DNA of 64,000 bases from Botryllus schlosseri (lineage: Eukaryota): assembly GCA_051294905.1 (NCBI GenBank), contig CM119371.1:35094001-35158000 (forward strand). Reading direction: 5' to 3'. Below, piece after piece: positions 44,591 through 56,810 of the stretch. Within the stretch, counting starts at the first letter, position 1; each line of letters begins with the position of its first letter. The translations under genes were made by a program, and so were the position numbers. Below the pieces are notes generated by a model that searched no databases, was not told the DNA's origin, and saw only the letters and a program-made list of their open reading frames with translations.

Positions 44591-47500
44591 CAATTTCTCT
44601 GAAAAGTAGAGGTGAAATTCGACTCGAACTAGACGTTAGAATTGGCTAAAACTCGGTTCGGTTATGCTTTGGGACAAGCCTCGACTCCTGAACGTGGTTA
44701 AAAGTGGAGCACTTGTATATGATAGAAATATCGGCGTCTTTAATCCGAGAGCTATACGTGTAACTTTGCGAAAGACGTTGGCCAGGTGATGATACTCGCG
44801 CAATTTCTCTGAAAAGTAGAGATGAAATTCGACTCGAACTAGATGGTAGAATTGGCTAAAACTAGGTTCGATTATGCTTTGGGACAAGACTCGACTCCTG
44901 TACGTGGTTAAAAGTGGAGCACTTGTCTTTAATAGAAATATCGGCGTCTTTAATCCGAGAGCTATACGTGTAATTTTGCGAAAGACGTTAACCAGGTGAT
45001 GATACTCGCGCAATTTCTCTGAAAAGTAGAGATGAAATTCGACTCGAACTAGACGGTAGAATTGGCTAAAACTCGGTTCGATTATGCTTTGGGACAAGCC
45101 TCGACCCCTGTTCGTGGTTAAAAGTGGAGCACTTGACTATAATAGAAATATCGGCGTCTTTAATCCGAGAGCTATACGTGTAATTTGGCGAAAGACGTTG
45201 GCCGGGTGATGATACTCGCGCTATTTCTCTGAAAAGTAGAGATGAAATTCGACTCGAACTAGACGGTAGAATTGGCTAAAACTCGGTTCGATTATGCTTT
45301 GGGACAAGCCTCGACTCCTGCACGTGGTTAAAAGTGGAGCACTTGTAAATAATAGAAATATCGGCGTCTTTAATCCGAGAGCTATACGTGTAATTTTGCG
45401 AAAGACGTTGGCCACGTGATGATACTCGCGCAATTTCTCTGAAAAGTAGAGGTGAAATTCGACTCGAACTAGACGTTAGAATTGGCTAAAACTCTGTTCG
45501 GTTATGCTTTGGGACAAGCCTCGACTCCTGAACGTGGTTAAAAGTGGAGCACTTGTATATGATAGAAATATCGGCGTCTTTAATCCGAGAGCTATACGTG
45601 TAACTTTGCGAAAGACGTTGGCCAGGTGATGATACTCGCGCAATTTCTCTGAAAAGTAGAGATGAAATTCGACTCGAACTAGATGGTAGAATTGGCTAAA
45701 ACTAGGTTCGATTATGCTTTGGGACAAGACTCGACTCCTGTACGTGGTTAAAAGTGGAGCACTTGTCTTTAATAGAAATATCGGCGTCTTTAATCCGAGA
45801 GCTATACGTGTAATTTTGCGAAAGACGTTAACCAGGTGATGATACTCGCGCAATTTCTCTGAAAAGTAGAGATGAGATTCGACTCGAACTAGACGGTAGA
45901 ATTGGCTAAAACTCGGTTCGATTATGCTTTGGGACAAGCCTCGACCCCTGTTCGTGGTTAAAAGTGGAGCACTTGACTATAATAGAAATATCGGCGTCTT
46001 TAATCCGAGAGCTATACGTGTAATTTGGCGAAAGACGTTGGCCGGGTGATGATACTCGCGCTATTTCTCTGAAAAGTAGAGATGAAATTCGACTCGAACT
46101 AGACAGTAGAATTGGCTAAAACTCGGTTCGATTATGCTTTGGGACAAGCCTCGACTCCTGCACGTGGTTAAAAGTGGAGCACTTGTAAATAATAGAAATA
46201 TCGGCGTCTTTAATCCGAGAGCTATACGTGTAATTTTGCGAAAGACGTTGGCCAGGTGATGATACTCGCGCAATTTCTCTGAAAAGTAGAGATGAAATTC
46301 GACTCGAACTAGACGGTAGAATTGGCTAAAACTAGGTTCGATTATGCTTTGGGACAAGACTCGACTCCTGTACGTGGTTAAAAGTGGAGGACTTGTCTAT
46401 AATAGAAATATCGGCGTCTTTAATCCGAGAGCTATACGTTTAATTTTGCGAAAGACGTTGGTCAGGTGATGATACTCGCGCAATTTCTCTGAAAAGTAGA
46501 GATGAAATTCGACTCGAACTAGACGGTAGAATTGGCTAAAACTCGGTTCGATTATGCTTTGGGACAAGCCTCGACTCCTGTACGTGGTTAAAAGTGGAGC
46601 ACTTGTCTATGATGGAAATATCGGCGTCTTTAATCCGAGAGCTATACGTGTAACTTTGCGAAAGACGTTTGCCAGGTGATGATAATCGCGCTATTTCTCT
46701 GAAAAGTAGAGATGAAATTCGACTCGAACTAGACGGTAGAATTGGCTAAAACTCGGTTCGATTATGCTTTGGGACAAGCCTCGACTCCTGAACATGGTTA
46801 AAAGTGGAGCACTTGTCTATGATAGAAATATCGGCGTCTTTAATCCGAAAGCTATACGTGTAATTTTGCGAAAGACGTTGGCCAGGTGATGATACTCGCG
46901 CAATTTCTCTGAAAAGTAGAGATGAAATTCGACTCGAACTAGACGGTAGAATTGGCTAAAACTAGGTTCGATTATGCTTTAGGACAAGACTCAACTCCTG
47001 TACGTGGTTAAAAGTGGAGCACTTGTCTATAATAGAAATATCGGCGTCTTTAATCCGAGAGCTATACGTGTAATTTTGCGAAAGACGTTGGCCAGGTGAT
47101 GATACTCGCGCTATTTCTCTGAAAAGTAGAGATGAAATTCGACTCGAACTAGACGGAAAAATTGGCTAAAACTCGGTTCGATTATGCTTTGGGACAAATC
47201 TCGACTCCTGCACGTGGTTAAAAGTGGAGCACTTGTCAATAATAGAAATATCGGCGTCTTTAATCCGAGAGCTATACGTGTAATTTTGCGAAAGACGTTG
47301 GCCAGGTGATGATACTCGCGCAATTTCTCTGAAAAGTAGAGATGAAATTCGACTCGAACTAAACGGTAGAATTGGCTAAAACTAGGTTCGATTATGCTTT
47401 GGGACAAGACTCGACTCCTGTACGTGGTTAAAAGTGGAGCACTTGTCTATAATAGAAATATCGGCGTCTTTAATCCGAGAGCTATACGTGTAATTTTGCG

Positions 47501-49338
47501 AAAGACGTTGGCCAGGTGATGATACTCGCGCTATTTCTCTGAAAAGTAGAGATGAAATTACACTCGAACTAGACGGTAGAATTGGCTAAAACTCGGTTCG
47601 ATTATGCTTTTGGACAAGCCTCGACTCCTGCACGTGGTTAAAAGTGGAGCACTTGTCAATAATAGAAATATCGGCGTCTTTAATCCGAGAGCTATACGTG
47701 TAATTTTGCGAAAGACGTTGGCCAGGTGATGATACTCGCGCAATTTCTCTGAAAAGTAGAGGTGAAATTCGACTCGAACTAGACGTTAGAATTGGCTAAA
47801 ACTCGGTTCGGTTATGCTTTGGGACAAGCCTCGACTCCTGAACGTGGTTAAAAGTGGAGCACTTGTATATGATAGAAATATCGTCGTCTTTAATCCGAGA
47901 GCTATACGTGTAACTTTGCGAAAGACGTTGGCCAGGTGATGATACTCGCGCAATTTCTCTGAAAAGTAGAGATGAAATTCGACTCGAACTAGATGGTAGA
48001 ATTGGCTAAAACTAGGTTCGATTATGCTTTGGGACAAGACTCGACTCCTGTACGTGGTTAAAAGTGGAGCACTTGCCTTTAATAGAAATATCGGCGTCTT
48101 TAATCCGAGAGCTATACGTGTAATTTTGCGAAAGACGTTAACCAGGTGATGATACTCGCGCAATTTCTCTGAAAAGTAGAGATGAAATTCGACTCGAACT
48201 AGACGGTAGAATTGGCTAAAACTCGGTTCGATTATGCTTTGGGACAAGCCTCGACTCCTGAACGTGGTTAAAAGTGGAGCACTTGTCTATGATAGAAATA
48301 TCGGCGTCTTTAATCCGAGAGCTATACGTGTAACTTTGCTAAAGACGTTGGCCAGGTGATGATACTCGCGCAATTTCTCTGAAAAGTAGAGATGAAATTC
48401 GACTCGAACTAGACGGTAGAATTGGCTAAAACTCGGTTCGATTATGCTTTGAGACAAGCCTCGACTCCTGAACGTGGTTAAAAGTGGAGCACTTGTCTAT
48501 GATAGAAATATCGGCGTCTTAAATCCGAGAGCTATACGTGTAATTTTGCGAAAGACGTTGGTCAGGTGATGATACTCGCGCAATTTCTCTGAAAAGTAGA
48601 GATGAAATTCGACTCGAACTAGACGGTAGAATTGGCTAAAACTAGGTTCGATTATGCTTTGGGACAAGACTCGACTCCTGTACGTGGTTAAAAGTGGAGC
48701 ACTTGTATATAATAGAAATATCGGCGTCTTTAATCCGAGAGCTATACGTGTAATTTTGCGAAAGACGTTGGCCAGGTGATGATACTCGCGCTATTTCTCT
48801 GAAAAGTAGAGATGAAATTCGACTCGAACTAGACGGTAGAATTGGCTAAAACTCGGTTCTATTATGCTTTGGGACAAGCCTCGACTCCTGTTTGTGGTTA
48901 AAAGTGGAGCACTTGTCTATAATAGAAATATCGGCGTCTTTAATCCAAGAGCTATACGTGTAATTTGGCGAAAGACGTTGGCCAGGTGATGATACTCGCG
49001 CTATTTCTCTGAAAAGTAGAGATGAAATTCGACTCGAACTAGACGGTAGAATTGGCTAAAACTCGGTTCGATTATGCTTTGGGACAAGCCTCGACTCCTG
49101 CACGTGGTTAAAAGTGGAGCACTTGTCAATAATAGAAATATCGGCGTCTTTAATCCGAGAGCTATACGTGTAATTTTGCGAAAGACGTTGGTCAGGTGAT
49201 GATACTCGCGCAATTTCTCTGAAAAGTAGAGATGAAATTCGACTCGAACTAGACGGTAGAATTGGCTAAAACTAGGTTCGATTATGCTTTGGGACAAGAC
49301 TCGACTCCTGTACGTGGTTAAAAGTGGAGCACTTGTAT

Positions 49339-49341
49339 TAT
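49339..49341. other. Out-of-register junction between the two satellite domains
   Basis: The sequence reads ...GGAGCACTTGTAT (monomer pos 198) + TAT + ATTGGCTAAAACTCGG (monomer pos 121). The next monomer starts at 49432, which is 291 bp after 49141 instead of 210. Confidence 0.93.
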
Positions 49342-50751
49342 ATTGGCTAAAACTCGGTTCGATTATGCTTTGGGACGAGACTCGACTCCTGTACGTGGTT
49401 AAGAGTGGAGCACTTGTCTATAATGGAAATATCGGCGTCTTTAATCCGAGAGCTATACGTGTAATTTTGCGAAAGACGTTGGCAAGGTGATGATACACGC
49501 GCAATTTCTCTGAAAAGTAGAGATGAAATTCGACTCGAACTAGACGGTAGAATTGGCTAAAACTAGGTTCGATTATGCTTTGGGACAAGACTCGACTCCT
49601 GTACGTGGTTAAAAGTGGAGCACTTGTATATAATAGAAATATCGGCGTCTTTAATCCGAGAGCTATGCGTGTAATTTTGCGAAAGACGTTGGCCAGGTGA
49701 TGATACTCGCGCTATTTCTCTGAAAAGTAGAGATGAAATTCGCTTCGAACTAGACGGCAGAATTGGCCAAAACTCGGTTCGATTATGCTTTGGGACAAGC
49801 CTCGACTCCTGTACGTGGTTAAAAGTGGAGCACTTGTCTATAATAGAAATATCGGCGTCTTTAATCCGAGAGCCATACGTGTAATTTTGCGAAAGACGTT
49901 GGCCAGGTGATGATACTCGCGCAATTTCTCTGAAAAGTAGAGATGAAATTCGACTCGAACTAGACGGTAGAATTGGCTAAAACTAGGTTCGATTATGCTT
50001 TGGGACAAGACTCGACTCCTGTACGTGGTTAAAAGTGGAGCACTTGTATATAATAGAAATATCGGCGTCTTTAATCCGAGAGCTATACGTGTAATTTTGC
50101 GAAAGACGTTGGCCAGGTGATGATACTCGCGCTATTTCTCTGAAAAGTAGAGATGAAATTCGACTCGAACTAGACGTTAGAATTGGCTAAAACTCGGTTC
50201 GATTATGCTTTGGGACAAGCCTCGACTCCTGTACGTGGTTAAAAGTGGAGCACTTGTCTATAATAGAAATATTGGCGTCTTTAATACGAGAGCTATACGT
50301 GTAATTTTGCGAAAGACATTGGCCAGGTGATGATACTCGCGCTATTTCTCTGAAAAGTAGAGATCAAATTCGACTCAAACTAGACGGTAGAATTGGCTAA
50401 AACTCGGTTCGATTATGCTTTGGGACAAGCCTCGACTCCTGCACGTGGTTAAAAGTGGAGCACTTGTCTATAATAGAAATATCGACGTCTTTAATCCGAG
50501 AGCTATACGTGTAATTTTGCGAAAGACGTTGGCCAGGTGATGATACTCGCGCAATTTCTCTGAAAAGTAGAGATGAAATTCGACTCGAACTAGACGGTAG
50601 AATTGGCTAAAACTAGGTTCGATTATGCTTTGAGACAAGACTCGACTCCTGTACGTGGGTAAAAGTGGAGCACTTGTCTATAATAGAAATATCGGCGTCT
50701 TTAATCCGAGAGCTATACGTGTAATTTTGCGAAAGACGTTGGCCAGGTGAT

Positions 50752-50956
50752 AATCGCACGGATTCTTTTGAAACTACACTCTAATTTCAACCGGAACAAG
50801 ACGGTAGAATTCGATGAAACTTAGTTCGAACTTGATTCAGGACAAGCTTCGACTCGTGTACGTGTCTTCGTTTTGATGCCGTATCGATAATTTAAATTGT
50901 GACATCTTAAATCAGATGTCCATGTGCTAATTTTCGACAAACATTGGCGGAGTGAT
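50752..50956. repeat. Type-B divergent monomer, copy 1 (205 bp)
   Basis: AATCGCACGGATTCTTTTGAAACTAC...CAAACATTGGCGGAGTGAT replaces one A unit. It is collinear with A and shares AGACGGTAGAATT, GGACAAGC, TCGACTC and TGTACGTG. Confidence 0.93.
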
Positions 50957-51586
50957 GATACTCGCGCAATTTCTCTGAAGAGTAGAGATGAAATTCGACT
51001 CGAACTAGACCGTAGAATTGGCTAAAACTCGGTTCGATTATGCTTTGGGACAAGACTCGACTTCTGTACGTGGTTAAAAGTGGAGCACTTGTCTATAATA
51101 GAAATATCGGCGTCTTTAATCCGAGAGCTATACGTGTAATTTTGCGAAAGACATTGGCCAGGTGATGATACTCGCGCTATTTCTCTGAAAAGTAGAGATG
51201 AAATTCGACTCGAACTAGACGGTAGAATTGGCTAAAACTCGTTTCGATTATGCTTTGGGACAAGCTTCGACTCCTGCACGTGGTTAAAAGTGGAGCACTG
51301 GTCTATAATAGAAATATCGTCGTCTTTAATCCGAGAGCTATACGTGTAATTTTGCGAAAGACGTTGGCCAGGTGATGATACTCGCGCAATTTCTCTGAAA
51401 AGTAGAGATGAAATTCGACTCGAAATAGACGGTAGAATTGGCTAAAACTAGGTTCGATTATGCTTTGGGACAAGACTCGACTCCTGTACGTGGTTAAAAG
51501 TGGAGCACTTGTATAGAATAGAAATATCGGCGTCTTTAATCCGAGAGCTATACGTGTAATTTTGCGAAAGACGTTGGCCAGGTGAT

Positions 51587-51791
51587 AATCGCACGGATTC
51601 TTTTGAAACTACACTCTAATTTCAACCGGAACAAGACGGTAGAATTCGATGAAACTTAGTTCGAACATGATTCAGGACAAGCTTCGACTCGTGTACGTGT
51701 CTTCGTTTTGATGCCGTATCGATAATTTAAATTGTGACATCTTAAATCAGATGGCCATGTGCTAATTTTCGACAAACATTGGCGGAGTGAT
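51587..51791. repeat. Type-B monomer, copy 2
   Basis: Same 205 bp unit and boundaries; lies 3 A units after copy 1. Confidence 0.93.
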
Positions 51792-52211
51792 GATACTCGC
51801 GCAATTTCTCTGAAGAGTAGAGATGAAATTCGACTCGAACTAGACGGTAGAATTGGCTAAAACTCGGTTTGATTATGCTTTGGGACAAGCCTCGACTCCT
51901 GTACGTGGTTAAAAGTGGAGCACTTGTCTATAATAGAAATATCGGCGTCTTTAATCCGAGAGCTATACGTGTAATTTTGCGAAAGACGTTGGCCAGGTGA
52001 TGATACTCGCGCAATTTCTCTGAAAAGTAGAGATGAAATTCGACTCGAACTAGACGGTAGAATTGGCTAAAACTAGGTTCGATTATGCTTTGGGACAAGA
52101 CTCGACTCCTGTACGTGGTTAAAAGTGGAGCATTTGTCTATAATAGAAATATCGGCGTCTTTAATCCGAGAGCTATACGTGTAATTTTGCGAAAGACGTT
52201 GGCCAGGTGAT

Positions 52212-52416
52212 AATCGCACGGAATCTTTTGAAACTACACTCTAATTTCAACCGGAACAAGACGGTAGAATTCGATGAAACTTAGTTCGAACATGATTCAG
52301 GACAAGCTTCGACTCGTGTACGTGTCTACGTTTTGATGCCGTATCGATAATTTAAATGGTGACATCTTAAATCAGACGGCCATGTGCTAATTTTCGACAA
52401 ACATTGGCGGAGTGAT
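52212..52416. repeat. Type-B monomer, copy 3
   Basis: Same unit with variants GGAATCTT, GTCTACG, AAATGGTG; lies 2 A units after copy 2. Confidence 0.93.
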
Positions 52417-53675
52417 GATACTCGCGCAATTTCTCTGAAAAGTAGAGATGAAATTCGACTCGAACTAGACGGTAGAATTGGATAAAACTAGGTTCGATTA
52501 TGCTTTGGGACAAGACTCGACTCCTGTACGTGGTTAAAAGTGGAGCACTTGTCTATAATAGAAATATCGGCGTCTTTAATCCGAGAGCTATACGTGTAAT
52601 TTTGCGAAAGACGTTGGCCAGGTGATGATACACGCGCAATTTCTCTGAAAAGTAGAGATGAAATTCGACTCGAACTAGACGGTAGAATTGGCTAAAACTA
52701 GGTTCGATTATGCTTTGGGACAAGACTCGACTCCTGTACGTGGTTAAAAGTGGAGCACTTGTATATAATAGAAATATCGGCGTCTTTAATCCGAGAGCTA
52801 TACGTGTAATTTTGCGGAAGACGTTGGCCAGGTGATGATACTCGCGCTATTTCTCTGAAAAGTAGAGATGAAATTCGCTTCGCACTAGACGGCAGAATTG
52901 GCCAAAACTCGGTTCGATTATGCTTTGGGACAAGCCTCGACTCCTGTACGTGGTTAAAAGTGGAGCACTTGTCTATAATAGAAATATCGGCGTCTTTAAT
53001 CCGAGAGCTATACGTGTAATTTTGCGAAAGACGTTGGCCAGGTGATGATACTCGCGCAATTTCTCTGAAAAGTAGAGATGAAATTCGACTCGAACTAGAC
53101 GGTAGAATTGGCTAAAACTAGGTTCGAATATGCTTTGGGACAAGACTCGACTCCTGTACGTGGTTAAAAGTGGAGTACTTGTATATAATAGAAATATCGG
53201 CGTCTTTAATCCGAGAGCTATACGTGTAATTTTGCGAAAGACGTTGGCCAGGTGATGATACTCGCGCTATTTCTCTGAAAAGTAGAGATGAAATTCGACT
53301 CGAACTAGACGGTAGAATTGGCTAAAACTCGGTTCGATTATGCTTTGGGACAAGCCTCGACTCCTGTACGTGGTTAAAAGTGGAGCACTTGTCTATAATA
53401 GAAATATCGGCGTCTTTAATCCGAGAGCTATACGTGTAATTTTGCGAAAGACATTGGCCAGGTGATGATACTCGCGCTATTTCTCTGAAAAGTAGAGATG
53501 AAATTCGACTCGAACTAGACGGTAGAATTGTCTAAAACTAGGTTCGATTATGCTTTGGGACAAGACTCGACTCCTGTACGTGTTAAAAGTGGAGCACTTG
53601 TCTATAATAGAAATATCGGCGTCTTTAATCCGAGAGCTATACGTGTAATTTTGCGAAAGACGTTGGCCAGGTGAT

Positions 53676-53880
53676 AATCGCACGGATTCTTTTGAAACTA
53701 CACTCTAATTTCAACCGGAACAAGACGATAGAATTCGATGAAACTTAGTTCGAACATGATTCAGGACAAGCTTCGACTCGTGTACGTGTCTTCGTTTTGA
53801 TGCCGTATCGATAATTTATATGATGACATCTTAAATCAGATGGCCATGTGCTAATTTTCGACAAACATTGGCGGAGTGAT
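53676..53880. repeat. Type-B monomer, copy 4
   Basis: Same unit with variants GACGATAG, TTTATATGATG; lies 6 A units (one with a 1 bp deletion) after copy 3. Confidence 0.93.
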
Positions 53881-55980
53881 GATACTCGCGCAATTTCTCT
53901 GAAAAGTAGAGATGAAATTCGACTCGAACTAGACGGTAGAATTGGCTAAAACTCGGTTCGATTATGCTTTGGGACAAGACTCGACTCCTGTACGTGGTTA
54001 AAAGTGGAGCACTTGTCTATAATAGAAATATCGGCGTCTTTAATCCGAGAGCTATACGTGTAATTTTGCGAAAGACGTTGGCCAGGTGATGATACTCGCG
54101 CAATTTCTCTGAAAAGTAGAGATGAAATTCGACTCGAACTAGACGGTAGAATTGGCTAAAACTAGGTTCGATTATGCTTTGGGACAAGACTCGACTCCTG
54201 TACGTGGTTAAAAGTGGAGCACTTGTATAGAATAGAAATATCGGCGTCTTTAATCCGAGAGCCATACGTGTAATTTTGCGAAAGACGTTGGCCAGGTGAT
54301 GATACTCGCGCATTTTCTCTGAAAAGTAGAGATGAAATTCGACTCGAACTAGACGGTAGAATTGGCTAAAACTCGGTTCGATTATGCTTTGGGACAAGCC
54401 TCGACTCCTGTACGTGGTTAAAAGTGGAGTACTTGTATAGAATAGAAATATCGGCGTCTTTAATCCGAGAGCTATACGTGTAATTTTGCGAAAGACGTTG
54501 GCCAGGTGATGATACTCGCGCAATTTCTCTGAAAAGTAGAGATGAAATTCGACTCGAACTAGACGGTAGAATTGGCTAAAACTCGGTTCGATTATGCTTT
54601 GGGACAAACCTCGACTCCTGTACGTGGTTAAAAGTGGAGTATTTGTCTATAATAGAAATATCGGCGTCTTTAATCCGAGAGCTATACGTGTAATTTTGCG
54701 AAAGACGTTGGCCAGGTGATGATACTCGCGCAATTTCTCTGAAAAGTAGAGATGAAATTCGACTCGAACTAGACGGTAGAATTGGCTAAAACTAGGTTCG
54801 ATTATGCTTTGGGACAAGACTCGACTCCTGTACGTGGTTAAAAGTGGAGCACTTGTATAGAATAGAAATATCGGCGTCTTTAATCCGAGAGCTATACGTG
54901 TAATTTTGCGAAAGACGTTGGCCAGGTGATGATACTCGCGCAATTTCTCTCAAAAGTAGAGATGAAATTCGACTCGAACTAGACGGTAGAATTGGCTAAA
55001 ACTCGGTTCGATTATGCTTTGGGACAAGACTCGACTCCTGTACGTGGTTAAAAGTGGAGTACTTGTCTATAATAGAAATATCGGCGTCTTTAATCCGAGA
55101 GCTATACGTGTAATTTTGCGGAAGACGTTGGCCAGGTGATGATACTCGCGCTATTTCTCTGAAAAGTAGAGATGAAATTCGCTTCGCACTAGACGGCAGA
55201 ATTGGCCAAAACTCGGTTCGATTATGCTTTGGGACAAGCCTCGACTCCTGTACGTGGTTAAAAGTGGAGCACTTGTCTATAATAGAAATATCGGCGTCTT
55301 TAATCCGAGAGCTATACGTGTAATTTTGCGAAAGACGTTGGCCAGGTGATGATACTCGCGCAATTTCTCTGAAAAGTAGAGATGAAATTCGACTCGAACT
55401 AGACGGTAGAATTGGCTAAAACTAGGTTCGATTATGCTTTGGGACAAGACTCGACTCCTGTACGTGGTTAAAAGTGGAGTACTTGTATATAATAGAAATA
55501 TCGGCGTCTTTAATCCGAGAGCTATACGTGTAATTTTGCGAAAGACGTTGGCCAGGTGATGATACTCGCGCTATTTCTCTGAAAAGTAGAGATGAAATTC
55601 GACTCGAACTAGACGGTAGAATTGGCTAAAACTCGGTTCGATTATGCTTTGGGACAAGCCTCGACTCCTGTACGTGGTTAAAAGTGGAGCACTTGTCTAT
55701 AATAGAAATATCGGCGTCTTTAATCCGAGAGCTATACGTGTAATTTTGCGAAAGACATTGGCCAGGTGATGATACTCGCGCTATTTCTCTGAAAAGTAGA
55801 GATGAAATTCGACTCGAACTAGACGGTAGAATTGTCTAAAACTAGGTTCGATTATGCTTTGGGACAAGACTCGACTCCTGTACGTGGTTAAAAGTGGAGC
55901 ACTTGTCTATAATAGAAATATCGGCGTCTTTAATCCGAGAGCTATACGTGTAATTTTGCGAAAGACGTTGGCCAGGTGAT

Positions 55981-56185
55981 AATCGCACGGATTCTTTTGA
56001 AACTACACTCTAATTTCAACCGGAACAAGACGGTAGAATTCGATGAAACTTAGTTCGAACATGATTCAGGACAAGCTTCGACTCGTGTTTGTGTCTACGT
56101 TTTGATGCCGTATCGATAATTTAAATGGTGACATCTTAAATCAGACGGCCATGTGCTAATTTTCGACAAACATTGGCGGAGTGAT
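55981..56185. repeat. Type-B monomer, copy 5
   Basis: Same unit with variant GTGTTTGTGTCTACG; lies 10 A units after copy 4. Confidence 0.93.
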
Positions 56186-56605
56186 GATACTCGCGCAATT
56201 TCTCTGAAAAGTAGAGATGAAATTCGACTCGAACTAGACGGTAGAATTGGCTAAAACTCGGTTCGATTATGCTTTGGGACGAGACTCGACTCCTGTACGT
56301 GGTTAAAAGTGGAGCACTTGTCTATAATGGAAATATCGGCGTCTTTAATCCGAGAGCTATACGTGTAATTTTGCGAAAGACGTTGGCAAGGTGATGATAC
56401 ACGCGCAATTTCTCTGAAAAGTAGAGATGAAATTCGACTCGAACTAGACGGTAGAATTGGCTAAAACTAGGTTCGATTATGCTTTGGGACAAGACTCGAC
56501 TCCTGTACGTGGTTAAAAGTGGAGCACTTGTATATAATAGAAATATCGGCGTCTTTAATCCGAGAGCTATACGTGTAATTTTGCGAAAGACGTTGGCCAG
56601 GTGAT

Positions 56606-56810
56606 AATCGCACGGATTCTTTTGAAACTACACTCTAATTTCAACCGGAACAAGACGGTAGAATTCGATGAAACTTAGTTCGAACATGATTCAGGACAAG
56701 CTTCGACTCGTGTACGTGTCTTCGTTTTGATGCCGTATCGATAATTTATATGATGACATCTTAAATCAGATGGCCATGTGCTAATTTTCGACAAACATTG
56801 GCGGAGTGAT
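56606..56810. repeat. Type-B monomer, copy 6
   Basis: Same unit, TTTATATGATG subtype; lies 2 A units after copy 5. Confidence 0.93.

Larger units (their letters stand above)
1..49338. repeat. Domain 1: homogeneous type-A satellite with variable higher-order repeat structure
   Basis: Monomer starts fall at 1+210n through 49141 (n=234). Copies differ only by a few substitutions, mostly at recurrent sites (e.g. monomer positions 34, 52, 72, 134, 151, 159, 171, 197-201). Confidence 0.97.

Noticed and set aside
49284..49490. Sole plus-strand ORF (68 aa)
   Set aside because: It is created incidentally by the 81 bp (in-frame) register shift at the junction. The same frame has several stops in every normal monomer.
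50747..50956. B unit as a MITE/SINE with a GTGAT target-site duplication
   Set aside because: B is collinear and homologous to the A monomer over its whole length and has no terminal inverted repeats or poly-A tail. The flanking GTGAT is simply the homologous monomer position.
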